NCBI RefSeq assembly: GCF_006345805.1
Contig: NC_043000.1
Location: 66,030,001-66,094,000, forward strand
From: Octopus sinensis
Lineage: Eukaryota
Reading direction: 5' to 3'
DNA length: 64,000 nucleotides
Position 1 is the first letter of the stretch, and every line of letters starts with the position of its first letter. The translations under genes were made by a program, and so were the position numbers. The notes under the pieces are model-generated. The model saw only the letters and a program-made list of their open reading frames with translations. It ran no database searches and had not been told where the DNA came from. This document shows, piece after piece, positions 51,013 through 62,800 of the stretch.

Positions 51013-51995
51013 GCTTGGGCAAAATTCAGAGAGCTCTTACCTCTGTTGGTGACAAAGGGCCTCTCGCTCAGAGTAAAAGGTAGACTGTATGATGCATGTG
51101 TACGAACAGCCATACTACACGGCAGTGAAACGAGGGCTGTGACTGCTGAGGACATGCGTAATCTCGCAAGGAATGAAGCCAGTATGATCCAATGGATGTG
51201 CAACGTCAGTGTGCATACTCGACAGAGTGTAAGAACCTTGAGAGAAAAGTTGTACCTAAGAAGCATTAGATGTGGTGTGCAAGAGAGACAACTGCGCTGG
51301 TATGGTCATGTGGCGAGAATGGATGAGGATAGCTGTGTGAATAAGTGCCACACCCTAGCGGTTGAGGGAACCTGTGGAAGAGGTAGACCTGGGATGAAGT
51401 GGTGAAGCACGACCTTTGAACACTAGGCCTCACCAAGGAAATGACTAGCAACCGAGACTTTTGGAAATATGCTGTGCTCGAGAAGACCTGGCAAGCCAAA
51501 TTAGACCATAACCTGTGGCCTATGCCAGGAGCGTAACCAGCCCGCTTATGCATACCTTTTTCTTCTTTGGTCACTAAACTCTGCTTGTGAAGACCTATTG
51601 AGGCAAGTGAAATGAAAATCAAAATCAATTCGATGACTGGCATCCGTGCTAGCAGAGTGCAAAGAGCACCATATGAGTGTGATGGTTGACAGAGCGGCTA
51701 TTCGAGTATGATCGTTACCAACATCGCTTCACTGGCACCTGTGCCGGTGTTACATGTAAAAAGATTTGAGCGAGGTCATTGCCAGTACCGCTTGACTGGC
51801 TCCAGTGCCGGTGGCACGTAAAAAGCACCCACTACACTCTCGGAGTGGTTGGCGTTAGGAAGGGCATCCAGCTGTAGAAACTCTGCCAGATCAAGATTGG
51901 AGCATGGTGCAGCCATCTGGTTCTCCAGCCCTCAGTCAAAATCGTCCAACCCATGCTAGCATGGAAAGCAGACGTTAAACAATGATGATGATGAC
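51013..51995 (+). mobile_element. 5'-truncated RTE LINE (ORF C-terminus + 3' UTR + (TGA)n tail), preceded by a 3'-UTR repeat fragment (about 50830-51012)
   Basis: WAKFRELLPLL..KGRLYDACVRTAILHGSETRA..LRWYGHVARM..GRGRP; ends AACAATGATGATGATGA. Confidence 0.9.
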
Positions 51996-52645
51996 ATATA
52001 TATATATATATATATGAGTAAAACGCACCCCCCGTTCAGTGGATGGTGCTGAGTTGCCAAACATTTAAACCAAATCTTCTCAAAACAACTTGTCCAACCG
52101 TCCCATCGGCCTCCTCTTTGCGAAACACTGATTTAACCTAAATTTGAGACACCAGCAAAAGAAGAAATAAAGATGGCCCTTTTTGCTATTCTAAAAAAAA
52201 CAAAACAATTTTATTCACACAAATATGCAACAGAAGAGTTTAAAGTACCAGTAATGATAAGGTGTTGACTGGGAGAACACAAACATAGTTTAAATAGTAA
52301 GCTTGGCAGGAAAGAAACGTGCATTTAAGCAGTACAAAAACAACAAAAAATAGGTGCAGTTATGTACAGGTTGACGGAAGAAAAGCAGGACAAACACGAT
52401 GCATGCAAATGGGTTAGCTGGAGGTAAATCTAGATGGAAAAGAATGATGAATTTATGAGAGCGTATCGATCGCAACTGCTGATGTACTTGCGCGTACAAA
52501 TGCACGTTCCTCCGGCTTTATCGATCACATTCTCACCTGGAATCGATTTTTGTATACATATAAAAGGTATCATTACACACTACAAAATACAAAATGACTG
52601 ATCTTTAGTAAGGAGAGACACACAAATAAGAGAGAAGAAAGCAAA

Positions 52646-52692
52646 GGACCACTGATGAGGTCACAGAAGAGCGACGAAAGAAACTCTGGCCC
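52646..52692 (+). ncRNA. Type I hammerhead ribozyme fold with intact catalytic core
   Basis: GGACCA-CTGATGA-G-GTCAC(AGAAGA)GCGAC-GAAA-G(AAA)C-TC-TGGCCC. Stems I, II and III were paired by eye; activity is untested. Confidence 0.6.
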
Positions 52693-52804
52693 AAATAAGA
52701 TTGAGATTAATGTAAAAAATAAATAAAATTGAAGCAAATTAACACCAAATATATAGTGCGTGTGTTTTTTACTGGCTAAACTGGCAACATGACCATTCCT
52801 AAAT

Positions 52805-52845
<41 letters not shown>

Positions 52846-53554
52846 GAAAGTTTACGAAAATAAACAAAAGACGAAGGCAGGTGGAGTACAAACAAACAAA
52901 TGTATTAGTATAGCGCTCAGGAATAGAAATAGAAACAGTCTTTTACGTTTCGAGCCTACGCTCTTCGACCGAAAGATACACAGAAAAAAATGTATGTATA
53001 TATATATATATATATATATATACATACATTTTTACATAAATTTACTTGCTCAAGGTGCCATGCAGTGGGACTGAACCCGGAACTGCGTGGTTGGGAAGAA
53101 TATCCATTTTCTTTAGGGAAAAAATGGGATCGTGTGAATTGTTCCGCCCCCACCCATACCCCGTCACAAAAATTGAAAAACAAATAATATATTAGGTGTA
53201 AAATAACGTGTAGTAAACGAATATGAAGAAAAAAAATTTCGCCTACGAACAGAGAAGTGGTGAGAGGCTTTCGAACATTCCCGATGTGAATTTTCCGAGT
53301 CCTCTTCTCCGCTCCCTGTTTGCCCACGCGCAGTTTTTTTTCATATTCGTTTACTACATGTTGTTCAACACCTATTGCCCCCCCCCCTTTTTTTTTTACT
53401 GGGGGGGTCAAACACTGGAGTTGACGCTAAATATTAATAAAAACGTAAATATGTATATATATATATAATTACCAGGTCGAAAAATATCTGTAGTGTGTAA
53501 TGATACCTTTTATATGTATAAAAAACAAAGGCACAAAGTTTGTTGAGCATGGAC

Positions 53555-53783
53555 ATTGAGCGTCATGGTAACAGTGAAAGTGTACTGGTTATTTACAAAC
53601 AAATTTTCTGACAGGAGCCAACTGAAAGTCGTTTGTTAGGTCTTGGCTGTGACGCTAGGTGTCGCTAGCAATATACTGGTCAGGTGACGTCACATCGTTT
53701 AAATGCGGGATTTACAAATGTCGAGCTGATTGATGGAACGACTTATTTATATTTAGAAAAACTGAAAGAAAATCGCTGTGAGT
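53555..53783. promoter_or_regulatory. CpG-enriched promoter-like segment with a CRE palindrome and RFX X-box-like motifs
   Basis: GTGACGTCAC (53684-53693), GTCGCTAGCAAT (53661-53672), CATGGTAAC (53564-53572), and a donor-like CT|GTGAGT at 53777/53778. Confidence 0.35.
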
Positions 53784-54981
53784 TACAATTTATGGATGAT
53801 AAAGTTGATATACATAATTTACTTATCCTTAATATATGAATGCTTAAAATTTGATGTTTTATTTTAACAACTTGATTAAAATTCCTAAATTCTAGCGCCC
53901 ATTTTAGTTTGTTTTAACGGTTTGTTTAAATCTAAGTCAAAATGACATTTCTCATCTTAGGTTTAAACAAACCTATAATAATATATGTTGTTTTTTTTTT
54001 TATCGTTTCCATATGGAATATTTAAGGTACTCTATCATACAAATATAGTATGGAAAAAAGTTCTGGATTCAATTTGATATCGGAGCCAGATGGACTTTAT
54101 TGTTCTATTCTAAACTATAACGAAGTTATATGATAATGAGGGAACTTATTGTTAAACGGAAAACTGAATTAACATTGTGTTTTTCAAAAGTATTTATTTG
54201 ACCTATACATGATTATGTGTTTCTTTTTTTTCTTTTTCCTATCCTGCCAAACGTGACCAACCAGTTAAATTTTTTAGTTTCAAGTGAAAACATTTCTCAT
54301 CTGTTTGACAAAACTATTAAATTTATGAACTGCTTTCGTAATTATTTAATTTGTTTATTACAATGCACTTTTAGCTTTGAAATTGATAACTTTTAAACTT
54401 TTTATTTATTCTTTGAACTGTCGTTCAAAATATCTACTGTGCCTCGAATTCCTTTCAAACGAGGGAAATATACTGGACGATAATTTTCGGTTACATTAAT
54501 AGGTCAAGATTATACACTTAAACCTTAAACCTACGAAATAGTTTTAAACCCTTACATCCGTTTATTCCTTTCTTTCTTCTTTTTCTTTACAATCTGTGAT
54601 TGCAACCTGTTTTATTGTTTTGCTGAAATTCTGACGTTATAGCCACAGGCCCTAAAAAAATATTAATCCGGTTCTAATTGTATAGGTGATTACAGAGAAC
54701 TTAGTGATTTCTAACCGTTTTTTTTAAAACAATTTTACGTAGCAAAAATAGTAGCATTATTTTCGGTAAATCTTTATGGCCTTGCTTTATTTTGTTGTAT
54801 ATTTGTAGATATTCGCTAATATCATTCCTTACGGAAGTATTTTTATAATTTCGACTTCATTGAATCAAAGCTGGGGTGGGGCGTTAACTGTCTTTTTATT
54901 AACAGGTAGGGAATTCCTATTAACTGTTTTTGAAGTATTGGAAATATGATCGAATTAAATTTTAAAATCTATTTGGATAAA

Positions 54982-55172
54982 CAAGCTCGCAGAACCGGGC
55001 GAAATGCCTAGCGGTATTTCGTCTGCCGTTACATTCTGAGTTCAAATTCCGCCTAGGTTGACTTTGTCTTTCATCCTTTCAGGATCGATTAAATAAGTAC
55101 CACTGGGTCGATGTAACCGACTTAATCCCTTTGTCTATCCTTGTATTGCCCTGTGGGCAATAAAGAAATAAA
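54982..55172 (+). mobile_element. tRNA-derived SINE, family C
   Basis: CCGGGCGAAATGCCTAGCGGTATTTCGTCTGCCGTTAC..TTCTGAGTTCAAATTCCGCC; homologous to 25412-25690. Confidence 0.8.
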
Positions 55173-55853
55173 TGTGTATCGCTAACTGCAGATATAGCGA
55201 CGAGTCAAAACGAAAGATTGCCAATCTAGCTTACTTGTTTCTTTTACAAATGTCAACTGCAGCCGTTGTTTGGATGGCGGTAACTTTGATTTGAATATTT
55301 GGTTAATATCTAATTTAACACCCGGCTACCAAAACAAAAAACAAATGTAATAGATATAAAAAATCGTTTGAAAGGTATTTATATAAAATTTCATTGAAAA
55401 ACCACCCATTTTCCTAAGAGTTATGAGGGAAAAACTCGGATCTTGCCATTTTTTTTTCTGATTTTCGTTTCCGGATCAAGTTGAAAACATTAACCAAAAT
55501 TTCCCCCACAAATTTGGTAAAATTTTCGAAAATTTTACCCAAATTTCTTTATAATTGTAATTTATGCCGTTTGAAAGGTATTTATATTTGATATTTTTTC
55601 ATTAAAAGATATCCATTTTCCTGAAAGTTATGAGAGAAAAATAGGGTCGTGTGAATTTTCCTGGTGTTCTCTCCCCACCCCCAGGTTCGTTTGCGCAAAT
55701 TTTGGTTTTCAGATTCGTTTAATCAAAAAAAAAAATAGTGTAATAGGTGTAAAACAACTTGCTCTAAACGAATATGACAAAAAAAAAATGCGCGCCCGCG
55801 AAAGGGGGTGAGGAGAGGACTCGGAACATTCACAAAAGTTTTTGGAAATTTTG

Positions 55854-56078
55854 TTTACTCTTTTACTTGTTTCAGTCAATTGACTGTGGCCATGCTGGAG
55901 CACCGCCTTTAGTCAAGCAAACCGACCCCAGGACTTAGTCTTTGTAAGCCTAGTACTTATTCTATCTGTCTTTTTTGCCGAACCGCTAAGTTATGGGGAC
56001 GTAACCACACCAGCATAGGTTGTCAAGCGATGTTGGGGGTCAAACACAGACATACAAACATACACACACATGCATATA

Positions 56079-56122
<44 letters not shown>

Positions 56123-56294
56123 ATATATATATAAGGGGCTTCTTTCAGTTTCCGTCTACCAAATCCACTCACAAGGCTTTGGTCGGCTCGAGGCTATAGT
56201 AGAAACACTTGCCCAAGGTGTCACACAGTGGGACTGAACCCAGAACCATGTGGTTCGTAAGCAAGCTACTTACCACACAGCCACTCCTACGCCT
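55854..56294 (-). mobile_element. SINE family A, full length, young
   Basis: High-identity reverse complement of 14579-14942. Confidence 0.9.
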
Positions 56295-56637
56295 TTTTTT
56301 AAATTTTCAGTTTTAAAATGCGTCATTCCTTTCTCTGATTTCCAAATAAGTTTTTTAAATACTTCGAAATCAAAATTGGGTGCACCCGTACATTAAATAA
56401 GCAACCGGCAAGCAGTCTATTCACGTGCTAGAAATAGCAGCCAAATCCCACACAAACTCTTTCTTGCACAGATTCAGCATGACACAGTGTGACAAGGCTG
56501 TCCCTTTGAAATACAGGTACTACTCATTTTTGCCAGCTGAGTGGACTGGAGCAACGTGAAATAAAGTGTCTTCTTCAAGGACACAATGCGTGTATCGCAC
56601 CAGTATTACTTGGGCAAGCAATGACAGATCAAAGATA

Positions 56638-58735
56638 CGAGGGGCGTTCAATAAGTAATGCCCCTGACCCACTTCCCATAGCAGTAGAGCAACGAAACTT
56701 GGCACAGTTATTAGTCTTTTTCTACATAGGAACCACCCAGAGTTAAGCATTTCTCCCACACTCGCCCCATTTCTCTTCATCATTGTCGTTGACTATTGAT
56801 ACCATTTCTGGCAAGGGCTTTGAAATAAAACCTAGAAGTTCCAGGCACCCAGCTGAATACTTGACAGACACTGACTTTGCTGATGACATCGCTCTTATCA
56901 GTGATTCTCTCTCCAATGCCCAGTCTCTTTTACAATCTCTCGAACAAGCCTCAAATTGTGTAGGTCTTTACCTCAATGAGGCCAAGACTGAATATATAAA
57001 CAAGTGCCAGTCCAACAGTGATTGCATCATCCATACTCTCAACAATGCGCCCTTAAATATGGTTTCTGATTACAAATATCTTGGGTCATACATATCATCA
57101 TCTGGAAAAGATTTTCTAACTAGAAAGGGTATGGCCTGGTCAGCCTGTAATGACATGCATAAGATTTGGTCATCAAATCTAAGTAGAGACTTCAAACTTG
57201 AAATCTTCAATTCTACTATATGGCTCAGAAACCTGGACGTTATCAAAGAAGCTTGAGAGGCAGTTGGATGGAACCTACACTCGCCTTCTTATGAGAGCTC
57301 AAAATCTCTCGTGGCAGCGTCATCCAACCAAAATGCAAATATGTGGGGAAACTACCACCTGTGTCATCTCTTGTGAAAGGTAGGAGAATCCAGTTTACTG
57401 GACATTGTTGTAGAGCTGAAAACGAGGCAATTTCTACTCTTCTCCTCTGGAAGTCATCTACTCACAATACCAGAGGGCGCACACTCTCCTACCCTGATGT
57501 AATCTCCAGGGATACAGGCATCCAGCAACAGGACCTCCGTAATGCTATGATGGACCGTGAAGTCTGGCGTAGCATGGTAAATTCCATTGTCTCGACCACG
57601 GTCGAACAATGATGATGATGATTTCTCCCATCGTTTGATGCAGCTCTGGAGACCGTTTTTGTAGAAGACCCCAGCTTGGTCCTCCAACCACGACGTGACT
57701 TCAGAAATCAAGGCTGCATCATCTAGGAAACACTTTCCTTTCAAAAACAACTTCATGGCTCGGAAGAGGTGAAAATCAGAGGGTGCATGATCAGGAGAGT
57801 ATGGGGGAGGAGTTCATAGCCGCACACCTGTGCTTCTGATCTGGCGACAAGCGAGTTGTGGACCGGAGCGTTGTCCTGCAGGAGGAGGATGCCTTTGCTG
57901 ATCTTGCCCCGCCTCTTGATTTTGATAGCTTCTCTTAATTTCCTCAAAAGTGAAGCATAATAGGCTCCTGTAATTGTGGTACCATTTGCCAGGAAATCTG
58001 TCATCACTACTCCGTCCTGGTCCCAGAAAACTGTGAGCATGACCTTGCCTTCTTTGGAGGAGGTGAGTCACGGTGCTTCCACTGCATTGACTGGGCATTG
58101 GTTTCTGGATCATAGTGATGGACCCAGGTTTCATCCTGTATAATCAGTCTTTTGAAAAATTTCGACTCATCTTGGCAAAGCTCCAAATTCATCCTCAAGC
58201 ACTCGACGCATTCTTGCTTCTGGAAAGGTGTGAACAACCTGGGAATCCATCTGGCAGACACCTTTTGTATATGCAAATGGTCATGAATGATAGTTTCCAC
58301 AGACCCAGTACTAATCTTGACAAATAGTTATGTGTCGATCTTCCAAAATGGCAGCCTCAACTTGATGGACAGATGCCTCATCAATGGCAGAAGTGGGGTG
58401 ACCAAATCTGGGAGCTGTTTCCACAGAGTTCCGACCATGTTTGAATTCACGTTTTACATGGTCATATGATGGGGCATCATCACCATAAGTTACTTTCATT
58501 TCATCAAAAGTCTCCCGTGGTGTGCGTCCTTTCAAATACAAAAACTGGATCACTGCTCAACACTCAACAGGCTCCATTTCACAGTTCAAACACCTGTAAA
58601 TCAGAAGCCACAATTAGTTCAGAGCTGTAATTTGCCACTTAATCTATAGAGATATAAATAATTGCACATGGAAAATTTCAGCTAGATCAAACAACTGCAA
58701 GTGGGTCAGAGGCACTATTTATTGAACATCCCTCG
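56638..58735 (-). mobile_element. Near full-length mariner transposon (frameshifted), interrupted by a LINE
   Basis: TA|CGAGGGGCGTTCAATAAGTAATGCCCCTGACCCAC ... GTGGGTCAGAGGCACTATTTATTGAACATCCCTCG|TA. ORFs contain ARWIPRLF, QDETWVHHYDPE, FWD, QDNAPVH and APSDFHLF. Confidence 0.95.
56759..57620 (+). mobile_element. 5'-truncated RTE-like LINE inserted in the mariner
   Basis: DTDFADDIAL..YKYLGS..LLYGSETWTL RT motifs; (TGA)n tail; 10-bp TSD ATTTCTCCCA at 56749-56758 and 57621-57630. Confidence 0.92.
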
Positions 58736-58914
58736 TATATATATATATATATATAACACGAGACTGAACGTTAATTTTAATTTTATACCCGCACTTTTTA
58801 AAAAAATCATCGCTACATTTGATCGTACACATTGTTGTTTATCTCAACAGGATAATTTTTAAAGTCATGAGCCAATATAGCCTCATTGAAATTATGTTAC
58901 TTGCTGCTCCCGCT

Positions 58915-59377
58915 ATCTCTCTCTCTCTCTCATTGCTATAGTATCCATGCCAGTGGAATGCTGACAGCTCCATCCGAGCGGGATCACTGCCAGAGCAGCT
59001 GTCTGGCTTCCGTGCTGGTGGCACGTAAAAAGCACCATTTGAGCATGATTGTTACCAGCGTCGCCTTTCTGGCACGTGAACAAAACATTTGAGCGAGGTC
59101 GTTGCCAGTGTTGCTGGACTGACCCCTGTGCAGGTGGCACGTAAAAAAACACCATTTCAAGCATGGCCGTTGCCAGTACCGCCAGACTGGCCCTTGTGTC
59201 GGTGGCATGTAAAAGCACCCACTACACTTACGGAGTGGTTGGCGTTGGGAAGGGCATCCAGCTATAGAAACTCTACCAGATCAGATCGGAGCCTAGCGCA
59301 GCCATCTGGTTCGCCAGTCCTCAGTCAAATCGTCCAACCCATGTTGGCATGGAACGCGGACGTTAAATGATGATGAT
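58915..59377 (+). mobile_element. RTE-LINE 3' UTR piece with tandem repeats and (TGA)n tail
   Basis: GTGGCACGTAAAAAGCACC repeats; ends GGACGTTAAATGATGATG. Confidence 0.8.
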
Positions 59378-59399
59378 TACTGTATCTAGTGGTAATACA

Positions 59400-59730
59400 A
59401 CAAAATTTTTCAAAACCATGATTATTTTTAATCTCTACTCAATCTCCCATTGCTGGTGTGCACATATTAGACGAAAGGAAGATTTTTGTAGGTTTTTTGG
59501 AAGGAAAAAACTGCATCCAGTAGCTATTTTGTTGAGTGCTGTTTTTCACAGCGTGTTATTAAAGCCCTAAGATGCCACCCAAACGCTCTACACCTCCTAA
59601 GCGCCAGAGAAAAGTTATGATGCTCCATGAGAAGGTACAACTGCTGGATATGTTCCAGGAAGGTAAAAGTTACGCTGCAGTAGGTCGACATTATGTTGTC
59701 AATGAAAGCATCATACGTTACATAAGTTTC
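59400..59730 (+). mobile_element. Tigger/TIGD1-like transposase 5' remnant (CENP-B N-terminal HTH)
   Basis: ORF 59572: MPPKRSTPPKRQRKVMMLHEKVQLLDMFQEGKSYAAVGRHYVVNESIIRYI. Confidence 0.75.
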
Positions 59731-60569
59731 TGTGAAAGTGCCAAAAAGATAGCGAAAGTGAGAAATTTTCAGAAAAATAGCCCATGTGGATTGAAAGTTA
59801 TTACATTATTTGTTGCAGCATTGAAATTCAAGATGGTCGCCGCTAGCCTAAAAATTGGTGATTTGAGTCAAATTTCAAATTGGCATAACTTTTGAACCAT
59901 TGGGATTTGGAACCTGAAATTTTGCATGTTTCCTGTTTTTACTGATAGTTACAGTTGATTGGAGATGGTGGGTTTCAAAATTCTTTTTTTTTTTTACCTT
60001 GGTTTACATGGAATCACACTATAGAGATTGGATAGGTTTGAGACATGGATGTAATGAATGATGGGAATGATAGAGGGGTGATTAATGATGAGTTGGGGAA
60101 GGTGGGGGAAGTAGGTGATGACTGGCAATACAGAAAAAGGGGTGAAGAATAGTAATAATAATACAGTAGAGAGGGGAAGGATGAGAGAAAAGGAGCTGAT
60201 GTGTGGGTGGGTAGGTTGTAAGAATGGGAGGAGAGAGATAGACATAGTGCATAGCAAAAGCGAGAGATCTATGGGACCCTGAAAATCATATTCATCTTGC
60301 AGAGAAGGTTTATGAAGGATTTATTTGAATAATATATAAAGCAACAATGTGTTTAAATTAAATTTTTTAAATTCTCTGACTGTTTTTTGCTCTTGTAATT
60401 ATCTTCGACAGCGACAAATTATGATACACTTAAGCTGTGAATCTTGAACATCTACAGTTGTATTGATTTGTTTTTCACAATAAAGTTTGGTTACTTCAGG
60501 CAAGGATTAATCAACCATGCATTCTAAGGAAAACCTGGAATATCATATCTTGTTAGTCATTAGACTGCA

Positions 60570-60897
60570 GCCATACTGGTGCACCCCCTTGGAGAATTGT
60601 TTTAGTCGAATGAACTATTTTTTAAGCTTGGTACTTATTCTATCAATCTATTTTGCCAAAGTTACTGGGACATAAACACCAGCACTGATTGGCAAGTGGT
60701 AGTGGGAGACAAACACAGACACAAAGACACACACATATATGATGGGCTTCTTCCAGTTTCCATCTACCAAATCTACTCACAGGGCTTTGATAGCCCAAGG
60801 CTATCATAGAAGACACTTGCTTAAGGTGCCACACAGTGGGCTGAACCTGGAATTATGTAGTTGGGAAGCAAGCTTCTTACCACAGAGTCACACCTGT
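60570..60897 (-). mobile_element. SINE family A
   Basis: Reverse complement of the family A consensus blocks. Confidence 0.75.
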
Positions 60898-61833
60898 ACT
60901 TCTGTGTCAAAGTTGTTGGAGAGAATCTAAAAAGTGTAATGTATGTGACATTACACAAAATAACTTTTTCCACTTGTAAATATTTTATCTGCTCAAATCT
61001 GAATTTCTCCAGAACAGCATAAAAATCCTCAGGATATTATTTACATTGACCTTGAAATTTCCAAAAATGCTGAGTTTGCTATGTCAAGGCACACAGTTCT
61101 CATTAACCTGATGTGGTGTGCATGGCAAAAATGGATGTAACATTTTCAAGACAGATATTTTCTATATCTTCCAAAGAGTATACATCTAAAAGAAATTGTC
61201 CCAATATCCATACCTAGTCAAAAATGAACCATTTCAATGTACCTTTACAGGTCTTTCAGTGATTTTTCTGGGCATTGTAAAAGGTTTTGAAAACCAGTTT
61301 TGGCTTAACATTTGTGAGAACATGAGATAGAAAATCGAGAAGCATGATATAGGGAGTGAAACATGAATCAGGAAGAAAAATATAGTGATACTGGGGCTGG
61401 TGCCACATAAAAAAAGCACTAATGCTGACGTTACATTAAAAGTACTCATGCTGGTGCCACATTAAAAGCACCCAGTACACTCTGTAGAGTGGTTGGCATT
61501 AGCAAGGAGATCCAGCTGTAGCAACCATGCCAGAACTGATGATGGAATCTGGTGTTGTCCCCGCTCCCTTACCCGCTTCAGTCAAACCATCCAGTTCATG
61601 CCAGCATGGAAAGTGGATGTCAAATGATAATGATGAGACGAGGAAATCAGTCCTGTAAAACAGACATTGATACTTAAATTAGTAGAGGGAGATAGTGGTT
61701 ATACATGTGGCAAATCTTAGAGCTCTGTTTTAAATCCATTTGTGCATTATAGAACCAATGTCAGTTTCTATATGATCTCTTCACCTGCTGGAACTAGTTG
61801 CCAAGTCCTTCATATATCCTCATAATATTTTAA

Positions 61834-62064
61834 CCCTTTAGCATGTATCGCTTATTCACTATCATGTATTGCTTATTCACATTGTTTTAAATTAACTTAG
61901 AATTATCTCATAGCTTCAAGATTTTGATGATGTGGTTTATTTTTAGAATGACATTGTAGGTGAGTATGAGAGGTTGGAACTGTTTTATATTCAAACCATG
62001 ATGGTTTGAATATAAAACGGGTAGAATATTTAGGTTGGATATGGCCTGTTCAAATGCTAAATGG
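61834..62064. mobile_element. piggyBac-like MITE (third copy)
   Basis: TTAA|CCCTTTAGCAT ... ATGCTAAATGG|TTAA; interior homologous to 20038-20256. Confidence 0.75.
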
Positions 62065-62539
62065 TTAAATACATAAATGACTCAAAAATGAATAATACAC
62101 ACCTGAAGGCATTGGAAAAATATTAGTGCTGAAATTGTGCTTATCTTATGTATGTTTGAGCCAATAAGGGAGACCTATGTGGTGACACAACTTGCTAGAA
62201 ATAGTAGCTAAATCACACTCTTCTCTGTGTGGTATCTAACCTGCTAGCTATTGCTGTCAAATTTCCCTCAACTCTCTGCTGCCTTATGTATGAACCAACA
62301 AGTGAGACCTCTGTGTGGTAGCTATGCATATTAGAAATACCTACCACTTCTCCCTCAGATCATATCATTCACTTCCTTTAAACAATATTAACTGTGTTGT
62401 GGATAAACAAAAAACTACATAGAACATTAAAAGGGTAATGGACATGCATAGTACTTCTGTATATCAAGTATCAAGAGTATAGCGTAAGGAGGGGTCTTTT
62501 TGGTTTTTTTTTTTTTTAACTGAAGGAGATGACAAAGGA

Positions 62540-62800
62540 CCAAGATAACTAGTGCATTGCTGTAGTCAAGAAGGCCCGTCCACCGCAGCAGGACTGATAC
62601 TGGTGCCACATAAAAAGTACCCAGTACACTCTGTGGAGTGATTGGCATTAGGAAGGGCATCAGGCTGTAGAAACCATGCTAGAACAGACCATGGAGTCTA
62701 GTACAGCCCCTGGCCCTACCAGCTCTGGTCAAACTATCCAGCCCATGGAAACAGACATTCCAACCATGGAAAACAGACATTAAATGATGATGATGATGTC
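62540..62800 (+). mobile_element. RTE-tail short element
   Basis: GGTGCCACATAAAAAGTACCCAGTACACTCTG..AGGAAGGGCATC..ACAGACATTAAATGATGATGATG. Similar copies at about 61390-61640 (+) and 63510-63690 (-). Confidence 0.7.

Noticed and set aside
50917-51405. 162-aa ORF as a novel chimeric protein
   Set aside because: It is an accidental fusion of a 3'-UTR repeat with the RTE ORF C-terminus at an insertion junction.
52434-52600. 55-codon + strand ORF MEKNDEFMRAYRSQLL...
   Set aside because: Short, no homology recognised, and no supporting gene structure.
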